Part shown: positions 1-12,809 of the stretch, one piece after another
Layout: each line of letters opens with the position of its first letter
Position numbering within the stretch: the first letter of the stretch is position 1
Assembly (NCBI RefSeq): GCF_006345805.1
Contig: NW_021833261.1
Location: 1-64,000, forward strand
Direction: 5' to 3'
Origin: Octopus sinensis
Taxonomy: Eukaryota
DNA length: 64,000 nt
The notes under the pieces: generated by a model
Database searches by the model: none
The model's input: only the letters and a program-made list of their open reading frames with translations
Told to the model about the DNA's origin: nothing
Made by a program: the position numbers and the translations under genes

Positions 1-428
1 GGCCAAGCCCTCACCAACTCTTTCAAGTTTCATTTGAAATGGAAGTTGGGGGTGGAGAGGGAAGTGTTGCCTTGTAGTAATTGTGTTGAAAGGAGGGTGA
101 ATGTTGGAAGAATGTCCAGTGCAAAAATACCAATTCTGAGCGCGCACCTGTAAACAATAAAAGGGAATTAAAGAAGGGCTCTTGCCCTATTGATCAGGCA
201 CCCGTGGCTTTTGTGGGGTTTTCCACGAGGATCTTAAAGCGCCTCCCCTATTGGAAGTTTTTTATTTGTTTGATTTACATGTTATTTATTGTTTACACGC
301 CGTAAAACCCATTGTGTCGTCCCGTTTTTGTCTGTTATGTTGTTGCATGTCATTCAATGTTATTTTATGTGAGCGATCATGGCTAATAAAATAATTTATT
401 ACTATTATTATTATCATTATTATTATTC

Positions 429-2056
429 AGTAGTTTTATTTTTATAGCGTGCTTTCACTTCACTACCGAGCGCAGCTCTGTATGCCTTGGGTATGTGCTG
501 TGATTTGTTGTGATGCTCTGATGGTTATTGTATGGAAAGTGTTCTGCGTAGGATGTGTGCAGTGCCTAGTAGTGCAATTTTCTGTATGTTATATGTGTTT
601 GTAAGTCCTGGGTTTTTGTTATGTATTTGTCTGAATATTTTTTTATCATGCCTAATGCACCTACTATGATAGGAATTGTTTCCGTTTTCAGATTCCACAT
701 TCTAGTTACCTCTATTTCCAGGTCTTTGTATTTTGAGAGTTTCTCCATTTCTTTTAGAGACACGTTGTCATCTGCCGGTATTGATACATCAATTAGAAAG
801 CATTTTTTTTTTCTTCATGATCTCTGACAACTATATCTGGTCTGTTGGCTTTAATTTCTCTATCTGTGTGTATCGGCATATCCCAGAGTATGGTTGCTTT
901 CTCGTTTTCTGTGACCTTTTCTGGTGTGTGCCTATACCATCTTTTTTACTGTTGTTATTCCATAATGTTGGCATAGCTTCCAGTGTATGTAGGTTCCAAC
1001 TCTGTCATGTCTGTGAATATATTCCTTCTTAGCCAGGACTGGGCAGCTAGAGATAATATGATTTATTGTTTCTTGTCCATCTCCACATATTCTGCAGTTA
1101 CTTGTAATATTTCTTTTCATTACATGTTTTGGTAATTTCTGGTGGGGAGGCTTTGGTCTTGTGCTGCAATTAAAAATCCCTCTGTTTCTGCTTTGAGTCC
1201 TGAGCTTCTCAACCATTGTTGGGATTTTTCTTTGTCTATTTCTTTTGCGTTTAGTTTAGTGCAGTATTTACCATGAAGGGGCTTTTCTTGCCATCGTTTT
1301 ATCATGGTCCGTTGCTGTTCTATTTTTAGTTTGGATTTCATTTGTTTTATAGCTTTTGTTGTTTCTTCATCATCTCCTTCTTCTTCTTCGTGTTTATTAG
1401 GTGGTATGATTTCTTGTTTGTATTTGTCAGCTTCCTTAAATACTGAGAACAGTTTTTGTTTTGCTCGTGTTTTGCTGCTATCTGGATCAGTTTTCCTTCC
1501 TTCTGAAGTAGGTATTTTTGCAGTCCTATGGTGGTTATTTTATAGTAGTTTTCCAGCTGTATAAGGCCTCTACCACCTTCTATACGTTGTATATATAGTC
1601 TTTCTATGTCAGATTTTGGGTGATGCATCCTAGATCCTGTCAGTATTTTTCTTGTTTTCCTATCTATTTTGGACAGTTCATTTCGTGTCCAGTTAAGGAT
1701 ATTGTAGCTGTAACTTATAACTGGGACAGCTAAAGTGTTGATACCTATTATCTTGTTTTTAGCATTGAGCTCTGTTTTTAGTATTGATCTAACTCGTCTA
1801 TAATATTCTTTTTTTATTTTCTCTTTCATTTGTGTGTGTTGTGTCTTATCTAGTTCATGGATTCCTAAGTATTTGTAAGTTTGGCTTTGGTCTAATTCTT
1901 TTATTTCATTGGTTTTATCTAGTGTGATGTTGTTACTCTTAACTAGTTTTCCTCTTTTCATGGTTACTTTGGCGCATTTTTCTAATCCAAATTTCATATC
2001 TATTTCTTTGGTAAATCCATGAACTGTCTTTAATAGTGTTTCCAGCTGTTTGTCAT
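429..2056 (-). mobile_element. 5'-truncated R4/Dong-clade non-LTR retrotransposon (RT C-terminus, CCHC finger, restriction-like endonuclease)
   Basis: ORFs 1347-1997, 1120-1341, 932-1216 and 566-763 give MKFGLEKCAK, YKYLG, CRICGDGQETINHIISSC, RHDRV, KEMEKLSKYKDL and PIIVGALG. (TTA)n tracts lie on both sides. Confidence 0.9.
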
Positions 2057-2070
2057 TATTATTATTGTTA

Positions 2071-2113
<43 letters not shown>

Positions 2114-2135
2114 CATTATTATTATTATTATTATC
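2056..2135. repeat. (TTA)n microsatellite just upstream of PAN exon A1
   Basis: Directly visible trinucleotide run. Confidence 0.95.
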
Positions 2136-2311
2136 CTCACTTTTATCATCACAATATTATCACAATATTGATATTTATTAAAGAGTAGAAAATATATCTA
2201 TTATTTCTCATTATTCAAAAATAATAAAACTATACAACGTGAAACAGTTCCACCAACATTACGAAAAACTACAAACACAACAGTGATTTATTTATTTTCT
2301 TCTTCTTACAG

Positions 2312-2542
2312 GAAGATGTCCTTTTGATTTTATTGACCTTGCTGGTATACCTTCAGAGAATGATTTGGGTAGATTTAATGACTACAGTTACACGCAATGT
2401 CTGCTTCATTGCGAAGCAATGCCAAATTGCCAATCGTTTGACTATAGCTATAATTACAAAAGATGCTACTTGTCAACTATAGGTCATAGAACTGCTGAAT
2501 TGTATTTTTACAAAAATTACATTTACACCGAAATAAACAGAG
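2312..2542 (+). CDS. Internal exon A1 (231 nt, phase 1-1) encoding a PAN/apple-like domain; upstream paralogue whose 5' exons lie outside the window
   Basis: Acceptor ttcttcttacag|, donor ag|gtaagg. Translation RCPFDFIDLAGIPSENDLGRFNDYSYTQCLLHCEAMPNCQSFDYSYNYKRCYLSTIGHRTAELYFYKNYIYTEINR has the PAN pattern C-x3-C-x5-C-x-S-F-x-Y-x6-C-x-L. Confidence 0.85.
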
Positions 2543-2729
2543 GTAAGGGCGTCATTTTCTTGTTTTTATTTATTTATTTTGTTGGAATTATACACAGGCA
2601 GTTAGACAAGACTAAATCACCACCTTCCAAAATGTGTTAGACTGTTATATTGAGGCCAGGACTTTGATTTACTTGGCTCTATCATTGGCTAAGTCCAATG
2701 TCATATAAAGGTACGGACTCAATACCAAA

Positions 2730-2730
2730 T

Positions 2731-2768
<38 letters not shown>

Positions 2769-2895
2769 CATACATACATACATACATACATACATACATA
2801 CAACATACATACATACATACATACATAAATGCATACATACTCGCATACATATATAGATGCACGCATACATGCATACATACATGCACGCACACACT
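2730..2895. repeat. (GATA)n/(TACA)n compound microsatellite, also present in the other two duplicated units (about 39255-39575 and 59598-60015)
   Basis: Directly visible. Confidence 0.9.
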
Positions 2896-4430
2896 CATAC
2901 GTACAGATAACTACTAAATAATCGATGAATAAAAGGGACAAAGATAGCACCAAACCTCCGTGCTGCGATGGAAAATGTTGGCTCTGCTATACCAGTGTGG
3001 AAGATGTCACCCACATCATCAGTAGTTGCGACAAAATGCCTACGAGATTCTACCTGCCCCTGAGGCATGATATAGTTGCAAAGACTATTTACGATGCTAC
3101 CCATAGGAAGGACTGCTCGGACGTATACATCGAAGCCATGTTAGAACCAGCAAGTAATCAGACCTTTTGAAAGCAAGGAATACTGGTGGAACTCCCCGCA
3201 AAAACAAACATCAATTCGGTACAAATATAGCAGACCTGATATTGTTCTGTGGTACAGGGGAAAAATTCATGCATTGTTGTAAGGGTCAGCTGCCCAGAGG
3301 ATGTGAATGTGCAATCAAAAGTCTTAGGAAAATAGAACATTTATGGCAAACTTACAGTTCTTGTACCCTGACCATAAAGTCTCGTTTGCACCTTTCATCA
3401 GAAGTGCATTAGATTATGTACCAACAATTTTGCACATTTGCAGAAAAACCTATAAATACTCGGTTTCACAGAGAAAGAGCTAAAGAAAAACTGACGCGGA
3501 TTGTCAAATTCCAATGTTTTAGTGGCACAGTGAAGATGTGTAAAACATTCCCAAACTATTCCATCTGTGATTCTTAGGTGAATAGATGCACACGATTGAG
3601 TGTATGCATCGACAGTCCCACGAACTCAACCACACATTTGCAATCACCGGGAACTCACTCATCTCAAAAACTCTTGTCGCTTTCTTACCGACTGTATGTT
3701 TATTGCATTCAGATGGCAGGAATTTTCTCCATTCGCTTCTTGCGTTGAAAGACAATTTGAAACAGCGAAGTGTGTACAGACACAAAAGTATGCTTCAAAC
3801 TGCGGACAGGCCAATTCTTTTAATAGAACCTGTCTTGAAGTCCAAGAACCAAGTCAGATTATATGCCTGGGGAGACGCTATTACCTTTACGACCCTGTCT
3901 CTTTAAATTATCATCAAAACCCAGCAGCAACCGGGATTCTTTATTGAGGAGTTGTGGAGTGAAACGATTTGGTACCAGACTTTCCTAGAGAAAGGGAATT
4001 CATCACCTTTAAGGGACTGCCTCAATCCCTCAACAGTGATGATGTTGACTGCAAAGGAAGTCATTTGGAAAGCAATTTTATATTTACTGATGTAACAATT
4101 TTCAGTGTCGATGATCCCTGCCTTTGTGTGTTTCATTTTGTTTTTGTATATTCCACTCTGGGCTGTTTTTCTCTGTTCGCTACAGTACTGGCAACTGGAA
4201 ATTGATGAAGCCACTCCCACACTTTCTTCGGGACAAGTATCACTCTTAGGAGGGAAAGCTCTGTGCACTGTCAAAATTTTTCTGGTCTTGGTATTCTTCA
4301 TTTCTCTCCTTTGCCATTTTATAATTCCCACTCCATACCGAAGTGATGCTATCGCTCACGTATCGACTGCTTGGATTTTATTCTATCCAGTCAATTTTGA
4401 GCGCAACACCAACCTCAGTCGTCTGACATA
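2895..4430. mobile_element. Old R4/Dong-like LINE fragments carried inside the duplicated unit (+ strand C-terminal piece about 2895-3530; - strand RT piece about 4060-4430)
   Basis: KCWLCYTSVEDVTHIISSC...LRHDIVAKTIY on +; KWQRREMKNTKTRKILTVHRAFPPKSD on -. Confidence 0.7.
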
Positions 4431-4519
4431 CTAGGGCTCTAGTCTGTCTATGAAGATATCTTCCTCATAGACAGACTAGAACCCCAAATTAACAACATGC
4501 TGCATATTTTCAGCCAGTA

Positions 4520-4900
4520 ACGTCGGGATGTGTGTAAGTTCATTTCTGGTAACATGCTCAGGTATTATAAAAAAAACTACACGTACAATACATAACTTAG
4601 AAGCAGCGCTGCAGATATGCCGATACACCCGAGCTCGAGGCAGGGCCGCCCTCACGCACTTCTCATGAGGAATTCCAGCAGGGGCTTCGTAAGGCCACTG
4701 CAGAGACGATTCCGAAAAATTAATCCAGTAACCGTTGGGAAAAACCGATTACAGCAGTAACTCGATCAATTCCTAGCAATATCTGAAGAAGGAATTTTTA
4801 TATTCCGAAATATTATTATATCAGACTATGAGTAATTAATTTATAACAGTTATTATAGTCCACTCTGCATTGTTCTGCCATTGAAGACACGTTATATTTT
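4520..4900 (+). mobile_element. Probable Penelope-like 3' remnant with minimal hammerhead-like motif
   Basis: CTGAAGA-AGGAAT-ttttat-ATTCC-GAAA at 4783-4810; degenerate coding-like sequence upstream. Confidence 0.45.
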
Positions 4901-7896
4901 GCACTGTATATATTTGTAGGCCTGTAAAATAGTCACACCATATTGTTCGGTTATAAAATCATGTGACGGAAAAAAGGAGAAGAAAAACAGAGAAAAAGGA
5001 AAAGATGTAAAATATAAAAGTAAACAAAGAAAATAAGGGGCAAAAACAGGAAAGAAAATTCACATCGACTCTGCTCTTCTCAATACGTGTGACATGTCGG
5101 TTAATACAATCTGTTGATTTCCAACATGAATGGTAATCTAGGGATCATTCTTAAAAAATCTTCAGTTCAAGTGCTCCTACAATCACTGGTATTGTAACCG
5201 TCTTGAGATGCCATCTTTGCTCCTACTACTGTGTGGAATTATCAAATGTTGTTTAGTTTCGACTTTTGTCTTGTACATGATATCATCATAAATATGTGAG
5301 GGCTGGAGGCGATAGTAGGAGAAAGAGGAGTAGCTTGCTGGTGGGGTGGATATTTTTGAATTTTCCTTTGCTTTCTGTAGGTTTTTCTGTGTTTTATAGT
5401 TTTGGTAATTGTGCAGTTTGTATATATTGGCAGGTGCTTATCTCCTTAATTTTTTTCATTCGTTTAATTTGTTGCTATAAAAGGTACGTTTACATAACTG
5501 AGTAGTCAGGGTGAAAAGAAGGGTAAAATTTTCATAGAAAATTGTAGATATTAAAGTTTTAAATTTTCTCAAGATGATCGTTTGTATGTCCGGCCAGAGA
5601 AAACTGTAGCGTTCTTGCAATAAAAAGGGTGTTTATATTTTTGAATATTCAGGGATAAAGGAGAGAGATAGTATTCACAGAAGTTCTAAATATTTTTAAA
5701 GATTTTTTAAGATTTTAAAGATGATCGTTTGTGTGTTCGCCCAGAGAAAATTAAAGATATGTAAGTTTCTAGCCTTATGGGGTGGTGGTGAGATTTTAAA
5801 ATACTCACAGGAGATGGTAGATGTTCCAATTACCAAAAGTTATATTTCAGTTGTTCTGCCGGGTTGTGTTAGTGTTTGTGTGTCTTCGGCTACTGACTGG
5901 TCAGTGCAGCCGCTGTCAAGGCTAGCGCTCTTTATTATTATTATTATTATTATTATTATATTATTATTATTATTATTATATTATTATTATTATTATTATC
6001 ACCATTATTATTATTGTTATCATTATTATTGATTTTGATATTTTAGAAGGACTAACGAACCTCTTCACAAATATAAATAGACAATACGAAAAGCATTTCG
6101 TCCGGCGTGCTAACGATTCGGCTAGTCCGCCGCTTTAGCATTGCAGACAACATATTAAAATTAATTCCGATCGATTCTACACGCTTCTCTGAGCTGTTCC
6201 AGAAAAAAAATCATTTTTTCCTACTCTAATGCGGACTAATTATATTTGTAAGACATATACACCGGACTCCTTACCAAGAATCAAAACCTCGGTCTTCACG
6301 CTTGTTTATATTGTTCTCGCCATTTGTGTTTATATTTCATTCGTTTTACCTATTTACTTCGCCACCATTTTAGATGAGACAGGGTTTAATCTTGTTAACC
6401 CATTTCGTTCTATTGTCAATGGTCTGACTTCCCTTTAGCACTGCAATAAATTCGAGATACCAAGAGAAAAATATTATCTTTCCTCTGCAACTTCCAAACA
6501 GTTAACTATGGCACATTCCCGCGAGCTTTGCCCCATTTATCCCCCTCAAGTTAGGGTTCACTATTAACAACTACCATGGTAATAGATTATCCATCAAAAC
6601 TAACTAAATTTTGTGTCTACTTCCCACTCGTCGCAGTTGCAGAACCGCGTAAGTAAAATCTACAGTAAGTGTGAAATACCTTTCAGTAGTTCTTTGCAGT
6701 GCATCCAGAAGTGTTATCTAAACAATGCACAGTCTTTCGCCAACTTGTCACATCTCTATGTGTTACAAACAACTTGCTACATCGTGCCTGTAACGCCTTT
6801 CCATTTACAATTATACTGTTATACATATAAAGACATGTTTGAAGTACATTTCGAAAGTATCTAGGATCTTTATAAACGTCTGTCCCTTCATATCTGAGGC
6901 CTTGTGTTATTACTAGAAATAACTGAGAGTAAATAAAACTCAACATATATTAAAGAAGTAATGATTTCTTGTATAAAATCGTCTTATATAAATAGGGAAG
7001 TCGATTGTATTAAGGAGATTAGGATTTCTTGATTAATATTAAAGAAATCACGAAAGATATTAAGACCATCAGAAGAATAAGAAACAATTTTTATTCCATT
7101 TCAGAACTTTGGAACGATTTCAAACAGTCAAATACACTGGACAAGATTAACTCTGTGGGATGTGGTATAATATTTTTCGACTCTTATTATTTCCTTGACA
7201 GTAAGACCCTCTTTTTGTTCATTTTTTTGTGTTTTTCGTTTCTGTTTCTGATTTCTAATCTTTATTAACTTGATCTCTAGTTCTTGCCACATTCATTGAT
7301 CTCTAGTTCTTGCCACAAAAATTAAAAAAATAAATAAATATCGCATTCTCCTACATCAAATGAGTATTTCTACTTAGAAACTTAATTCTTAATTAAATAT
7401 ATTAACAGTAAATTAATGATTAATATTCATTCAAAAGGATGTTGTAAAACAACCAACAAATACATTTAAAATCTGGCAGATGGATTAATATTAATCTCCG
7501 TTGTCATTAAAATTCTCAACACGCTTCCTTACTAATCTGCAAAGAAATACCTCAATACATCTCGCCGGTAATACGAGAACCATTCTCCCTCCGAGATACC
7601 CATCAACATACCCCTTCTCATTCTCCCGTCATACATGCTATTACAGCAACCAGATCACATCCCGCATCAATTATTAATCCCAGTCCTTCCTTTCTAGATT
7701 ATACAACATTCAGGTACTCACTCCCTACTCACACTAACCTAAAGATGTCTAAACGGAACATGAATACAATCGATCTATCGAATCAATAGGCCCTATCTAT
7801 TCGTTTCCTTTGTACTTTGTCAGATTAGAGCAATAATTTAATTTATGCTCTTATATTTATTGTGTTTCCTCTTTCCATTTTTTTTTTCTATTGCAG

Positions 7897-8087
7897 AAAA
7901 AGAAACTAATGATTTGACAGCTTATTCAACATTTTCCTTCAAACAAAATCCAAATCTCTACCTTATAACAGAGGCCCAAATGGATGCTCACTCGGTTCTG
8001 GATTGTTCCCGTTTATGTATGATATCTTCTACATGTACTGCCTTTTCATATACTAACACTAAGTGCCTACTAAAGAAACTGAGCTGA
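7897..8087 (+). CDS. Terminal exon B1 (short PAN-like domain + stop) of the upstream paralogue
   Basis: Polypyrimidine tract + ttgcag| acceptor in phase 1, compatible with the A1 donor. (E)KETNDLTAYSTFSFKQNPNLYLITEAQMDAHSVLDCSRLCMISSTCTAFSYTNTKCLLKKLS*. Confidence 0.8.
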
Positions 8088-8656
8088 ACTTTAATTGAAT
8101 TCACCCCAAAATTACTTACTTGTCCATGAATTGTGAGCAAGACTTCAACGGATCACGTTTGCTAACCTATTTTGCTTATTTTTTTGTGTCCTTTTTCCTT
8201 TTTCTTGTTTCTCATTTTTAATTCATTGATCTTCTGTCTCCATTTCTTGTCGAAAAAATAAGAGAAATTAATGTCGCTCTCTTCTTCATCGCATTATTTC
8301 TTCTACTTAGAGTCCTAATTCTTAGTTAAATATATTTACAGTAAATTTATAATTCCTCTCCCCGAGATACTCAGCCACATGCCCCTTCTCCCGTCATACA
8401 TGCTATTACACCAATCTGATCACATCCCGCATCAATTATTATCCCCAATCCTTCCTTTCTAGATTTTACAACACTCAGGATCTAACTCCATACTCGCACT
8501 ACTCTAAAGATGTCCAAACGGAACATTAATAAAATCGATCTATCGAATCAATAGTCCATATCCATTCGTTTCCCTTGTACCTTTCAATGAAGAGCAATAA
8601 TTTCATTTATGTTGTTATATTTCTTGTGCTTTCTCTTGCTTTTTTTTCTATTGCAG

Positions 8657-8847
8657 AAAAAGTAATTAATGATTTGACAGCTTATTCAAATTATTCCTTC
8701 AAACAAAATCCATATCACAATCTTATTACCAAGGCCCAAATGTATGCTCACTCGGTTCTGGATTGTTCCCGTTTATGTTTGATATCTTCTACATGTACCG
8801 CCTTTTCATATACTAACACTAAGTGCCTACTAAAGAAACTGATCTGA
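8657..8847 (+). CDS. Tandemly duplicated terminal exon B2 (candidate alternative last exon)
   Basis: Same acceptor and phase as B1, intact frame: (E)KVINDLTAYSNYSFKQNPYHNLITKAQMYAHSVLDCSRLCLISSTCTAFSYTNTKCLLKKLI*. Confidence 0.75.
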
Positions 8848-9949
8848 ACTTTAATGGAATTCACCCAAACATTACTTCTCCATAATTGTGAGCAAATCTT
8901 CAACGGATCACGTTTGCTAATAATAATTATATAAGATAAAATGTGTGTTTCTTTGTGAACAAAATCAATTTAATTAAGTTATTTCTTTTGTTGATTAATT
9001 TTAATTGCTAACGATTTTCGTTCTAAATTAGTCTTCTCTTAGAACATGATTGCTAATTTGAGTTTTAGCTCTGGTCTCTCGGAAACTATTTAAGCCGGCT
9101 GATCTAAACTGCTTTTATTAAGGATTATAAAGCGAAATTAAAATAAGAATCTTTTCTTTTTCTCTTTGGACGAAATTTTGTGTTTCAGCAACTTATAAGT
9201 ACAGGTTAAACGAAGAATAGGTTAAACCAAAATACGAAATCAATTATACGGAAAACGAAATCTAATAGAAATTTGATCGTAAACTCAGAAGCCCCACGAT
9301 TTCTTTCAGGTTATCGAAAAGTTAAAATAGTTTTTTGCTGTGAAAAACATAAATTGCAATGCTGACCATACATGTCGTAAAATGTTCCTTTTGTTTTCAT
9401 TTGTTTAGTTTTAGATTAATATTGGATTCTTTGTTTATAGTTTATTGAAAAGGAGAGGTGGCGGTGGACAATGCGTTTGCAAGTCTTTATGGATTGGTGA
9501 GATCGATACGGTTAATGCTTAGTTTGAAGATTTGTGTGTTGACATCTGTTGGGAAAATTGGATCAGGGATTGCATTTCAGGCGATTAAAGTTCTGGAGCA
9601 GTGGAGACCCAATCGCTGTGTTGTAGCCCAGTCAGCATTAGCTTTTAAAAAGCACGGCCAACAATTTTAGATAACTAATAATTTGAGTTTTGATTTAATA
9701 TATGAAATTTGAAGTCAACTTCTCAAAATGATTGAAAATCACAAATAAATAAAACGTTGGCACCGTCTAATATAAGTCATGAAAATACGAACTCCTCGAA
9801 AGTGATTCTCTTTTCGTTGTTGTGTCGCAAAACGAAGGAAGATGTCTTTAAAATTCAGATTTTCATCACACCATTTATTCATTATACTTGGGCATAAATT
9901 GTCCGGTTTATTGTCTACCACGGATCTCGCCTGATAAGACTTTATCCTC

Positions 9950-11120
9950 TACAGATTGAGAAAGTATTCATTCATAGACTGCCGTGTGCTTACAGGCAGT
10001 GTTACGTCTTCTTGCAGCAGTTCGATCAGTTCAATCGAGGAATCCGTAGAGAGATTCAAAATCTCAAGTAAATAGGTGAAATTGATCAAGATGTGTCACT
10101 TCCACCCGATGCGTCGCTTTGCAGAGTGGCATTCAGACCACACCAGGGCCTCTAAATTTAGTTGAAATGTATCTGCTATGAATTTGAGACAAACAATGTT
10201 CAGAAACTGGAGCATTTACGGATTGAGATAAGAGAGGTTTATCATGATATCACCATTTTATGCCGAAAATTGGTGTCGGAACTCTAAGCAACTCTGGTTC
10301 AATATAGGGATGACGGTCTCAAGGTGTAAATTGATGAAAGGTGCTCTATTAATTTTCAGCCGACTTTAAACATTCTCACTGACCGATGAGACACGCCTGC
10401 TGTGGAGATTTTCCCCGTAGATTAGGTATCTACCGAGTCAGTGGGTTGATCTTAATAACTTCACTGATGTGTTACTTAATCGGAGGCTACAAAACTTTCT
10501 TTTCGTTTGACATGAAGATGTTTAACTGGATATCATTCCCGTTACTGTAGTCACAGCAGTGAAGATTTGTAATATTTTTGCTAAAGACTTGATTCGTATT
10601 AAAACTTGTTTAGAGGAGACGAAAGCGCAAACTTTCATAGACAATCGTAATAGAAGCACTTGTCTTTAATTTGCCTCTCCCATGACTTGATAACCTCACT
10701 GAAATGAGGTAGGATATCCATAATGAAGTAAAGCTCATAATGAACAACATAGCACGGTCCCTGCTGACAGACCCATCGTGTATAGGAGAAGATTTTCTTC
10801 TCTGCTGGTTGTCCTCGTTTTTCTTCCTGTAAGCACTTGTTGTACTGAGGCAGTCTGAATCGATCCATAAACAGTTAAAGTTGCTTTTGTATGACTAGAA
10901 ATTCCCCGATAGCCTTTACATTTTTGTTAAGAAGTTATCTACATCTAGGTTCAGTTGGTGGAAGCTGACACAAGTTGCAGATGGGGCTGCGACAAGCAAT
11001 TTCGCTTGAACACCAGCGATTCCTCCGCTCATGACAGTGGCACCATCATAACTATTTGTGAACATCAATACAAAGGGTACCCAAAAGTAAAAGGAACGTT
11101 GTCTGTGGGACATACCCGCT
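9950..11120. mobile_element. Degenerate, rearranged hAT transposase fragments
   Basis: - strand SYDGATVMSGGIAGVQAKL...HQLNL (hAT catalytic region). + strand IIPVTVVT...LIRIKTCL near 10530-10615 resembles the hAT dimerisation region. Confidence 0.55.
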
Positions 11121-11149
11121 ATAGGTTAGGCTTCTACGGCTAGAAACCA

Positions 11150-12290
11150 CTTGATGCGCCCCTCGGGCATCCGCCTGTCGACTGGCGCCATTGTCAAGAG
11201 TCGTACTGTCACGTGGTGCGTCTTTGTCTTGCAGTATTTCTCCCTTGTTCGTCGATTATTGCGATGGATGAAACGAGGGGACAGCGTGCTTCCTAGACAT
11301 TCTGTTTTTTGCTGGGGGAAACCAGCGGCCGGAACAGTTGCCATGCTTCGAACAGCTTACAAGGATGCTGCAATGAGCAAAACACAATTTTACGAGTAGG
11401 ATTTCACGCTTTTGGAACGGTCACTTTTCGCATGAAGACCAACCTCTTGGCCACCGTCGACCTCCTGAACGAATGAAAACATCACGAAAATTCGTGAACT
11501 GGTCTTGGAAGACCGTTGCCGAACAATTGATGAACGTGTTGATACAACTGATGTGTTCTGGAGTTTCTGCCAATGAGTTTTTAGCGAGGAATTGTGAATG
11601 AAAGAGTTGCAGCAAAATCTGTGACTCACTTGCTCACGGAAGATCAAAATCAGTCGTGACTAAGTGCGTGTCGTAAAGTGAAAGAACAGTTGGAAGTTGA
11701 TCCAAAATTTTTTTTAAGAAGGCCATCACTAGCGACGAAGGCTGGTGCTATATCTACAACCCGGAAACGATAGGGCACTCAAGTCAATGGAAGCATTAAA
11801 TATCACCACGCCCTACAAGTCAAGTGCGTCAAGTGAAGGCCAACTTCAAGACGATGCTGATTTGTTTCATTTATGCGAAATGAATTGTCCGTACAGTATT
11901 TGTTCCTCCTGGTCACACTGTTCACCAGACATTTTGCTTGGCAGTTCCGAGGTATTTGCGAGACACGGCGAGACGAAAACGTCCCGACCAGTGGCAGAGT
12001 GGAGTGTGGTGGTTTCATCACGACAAAGAAATTTCGTACACCGCCTTCAGTGTGAGACAGTTTTTGACCAAAAATGACATGACCTCGTTTACCTACCCTC
12101 CATATTCACCCGGTCTTGCTCCCTGTAATAATTTTTTGTTGCCCCGAAAGAAAAAAGTCCTAAAAGAAAAATGTTTTGCAAATGTGAAGGATTTGAAGAA
12201 AAAAAGACGACGGAGGCGATAAAAGACATCACGAATTGCAGGACTGCTTCGAATAGTGGAAAACGCGTCTGGACCGGTGCATTAAATTCA
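11150..12290 (+). mobile_element. Degenerate mariner transposon
   Basis: TVAMLRTAYKDAAMSKTQFYE (HTH), RRKRPDQWQSGVWWFHHD and YPPYSPGLAPCNNFLLP; many stops and frameshifts. Confidence 0.8.
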
Positions 12291-12809
12291 GAAGTTACTC
12301 AATATCCAAAGAGTTCTTCACAGATAATATTCTCAAATACTCGGTGTAGAAGGCCTTAGAGCAGTTTAATTTTCGAAATGACTATTATTTCATGCAAAAT
12401 TAATGTAAATTTTAAGAATTAGACAAGTCTGAAGCTAGTAATTCTTAGATTACTGATGCCATAATATAGAGAAACATTTTGTACAAAATATAATGTCGCG
12501 TGACACTAACGCACGGACGTAGCAGGAAATGTAGAAACTTAATCACGTGTTCATTCTTTTCAAACACTTGACAGAAAACATTCAAAGCATTGATCATTTG
12601 GACATATTCAATCAACCGCATCAGCCTTAACTTACGGTGCCAAACATGTCACTTGATCCCAACGCACACACGCAGCGGGGAACCTAAAAAACATTCTAAG
12701 ATATACATATATCCGTTTCTAAGACCAGTCATGTGACTATCCTCTATCAATCAAATCCGATTCAGAACGTATACTATTTTCAGTCATGAACTCGCCTATA
12801 AAACTAGGG

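Noticed and set aside
2312-2542. Diversity-generating retroelement-like mechanism (variable repeats near reverse transcriptases)
   Set aside because: Differences between A exons are not restricted to adenines of any one copy, there is no invariant template repeat, and the RTs are ordinary R4/Dong, Penelope-like and Gypsy types.
7845-7896. Apparent signal peptides at the start of ORFs 7845, 8575, 49833 and 24946, suggesting single-exon secreted peptides
   Set aside because: The hydrophobic stretch is the translated polypyrimidine tract before a canonical acceptor, and the start codons are not conserved between copies.
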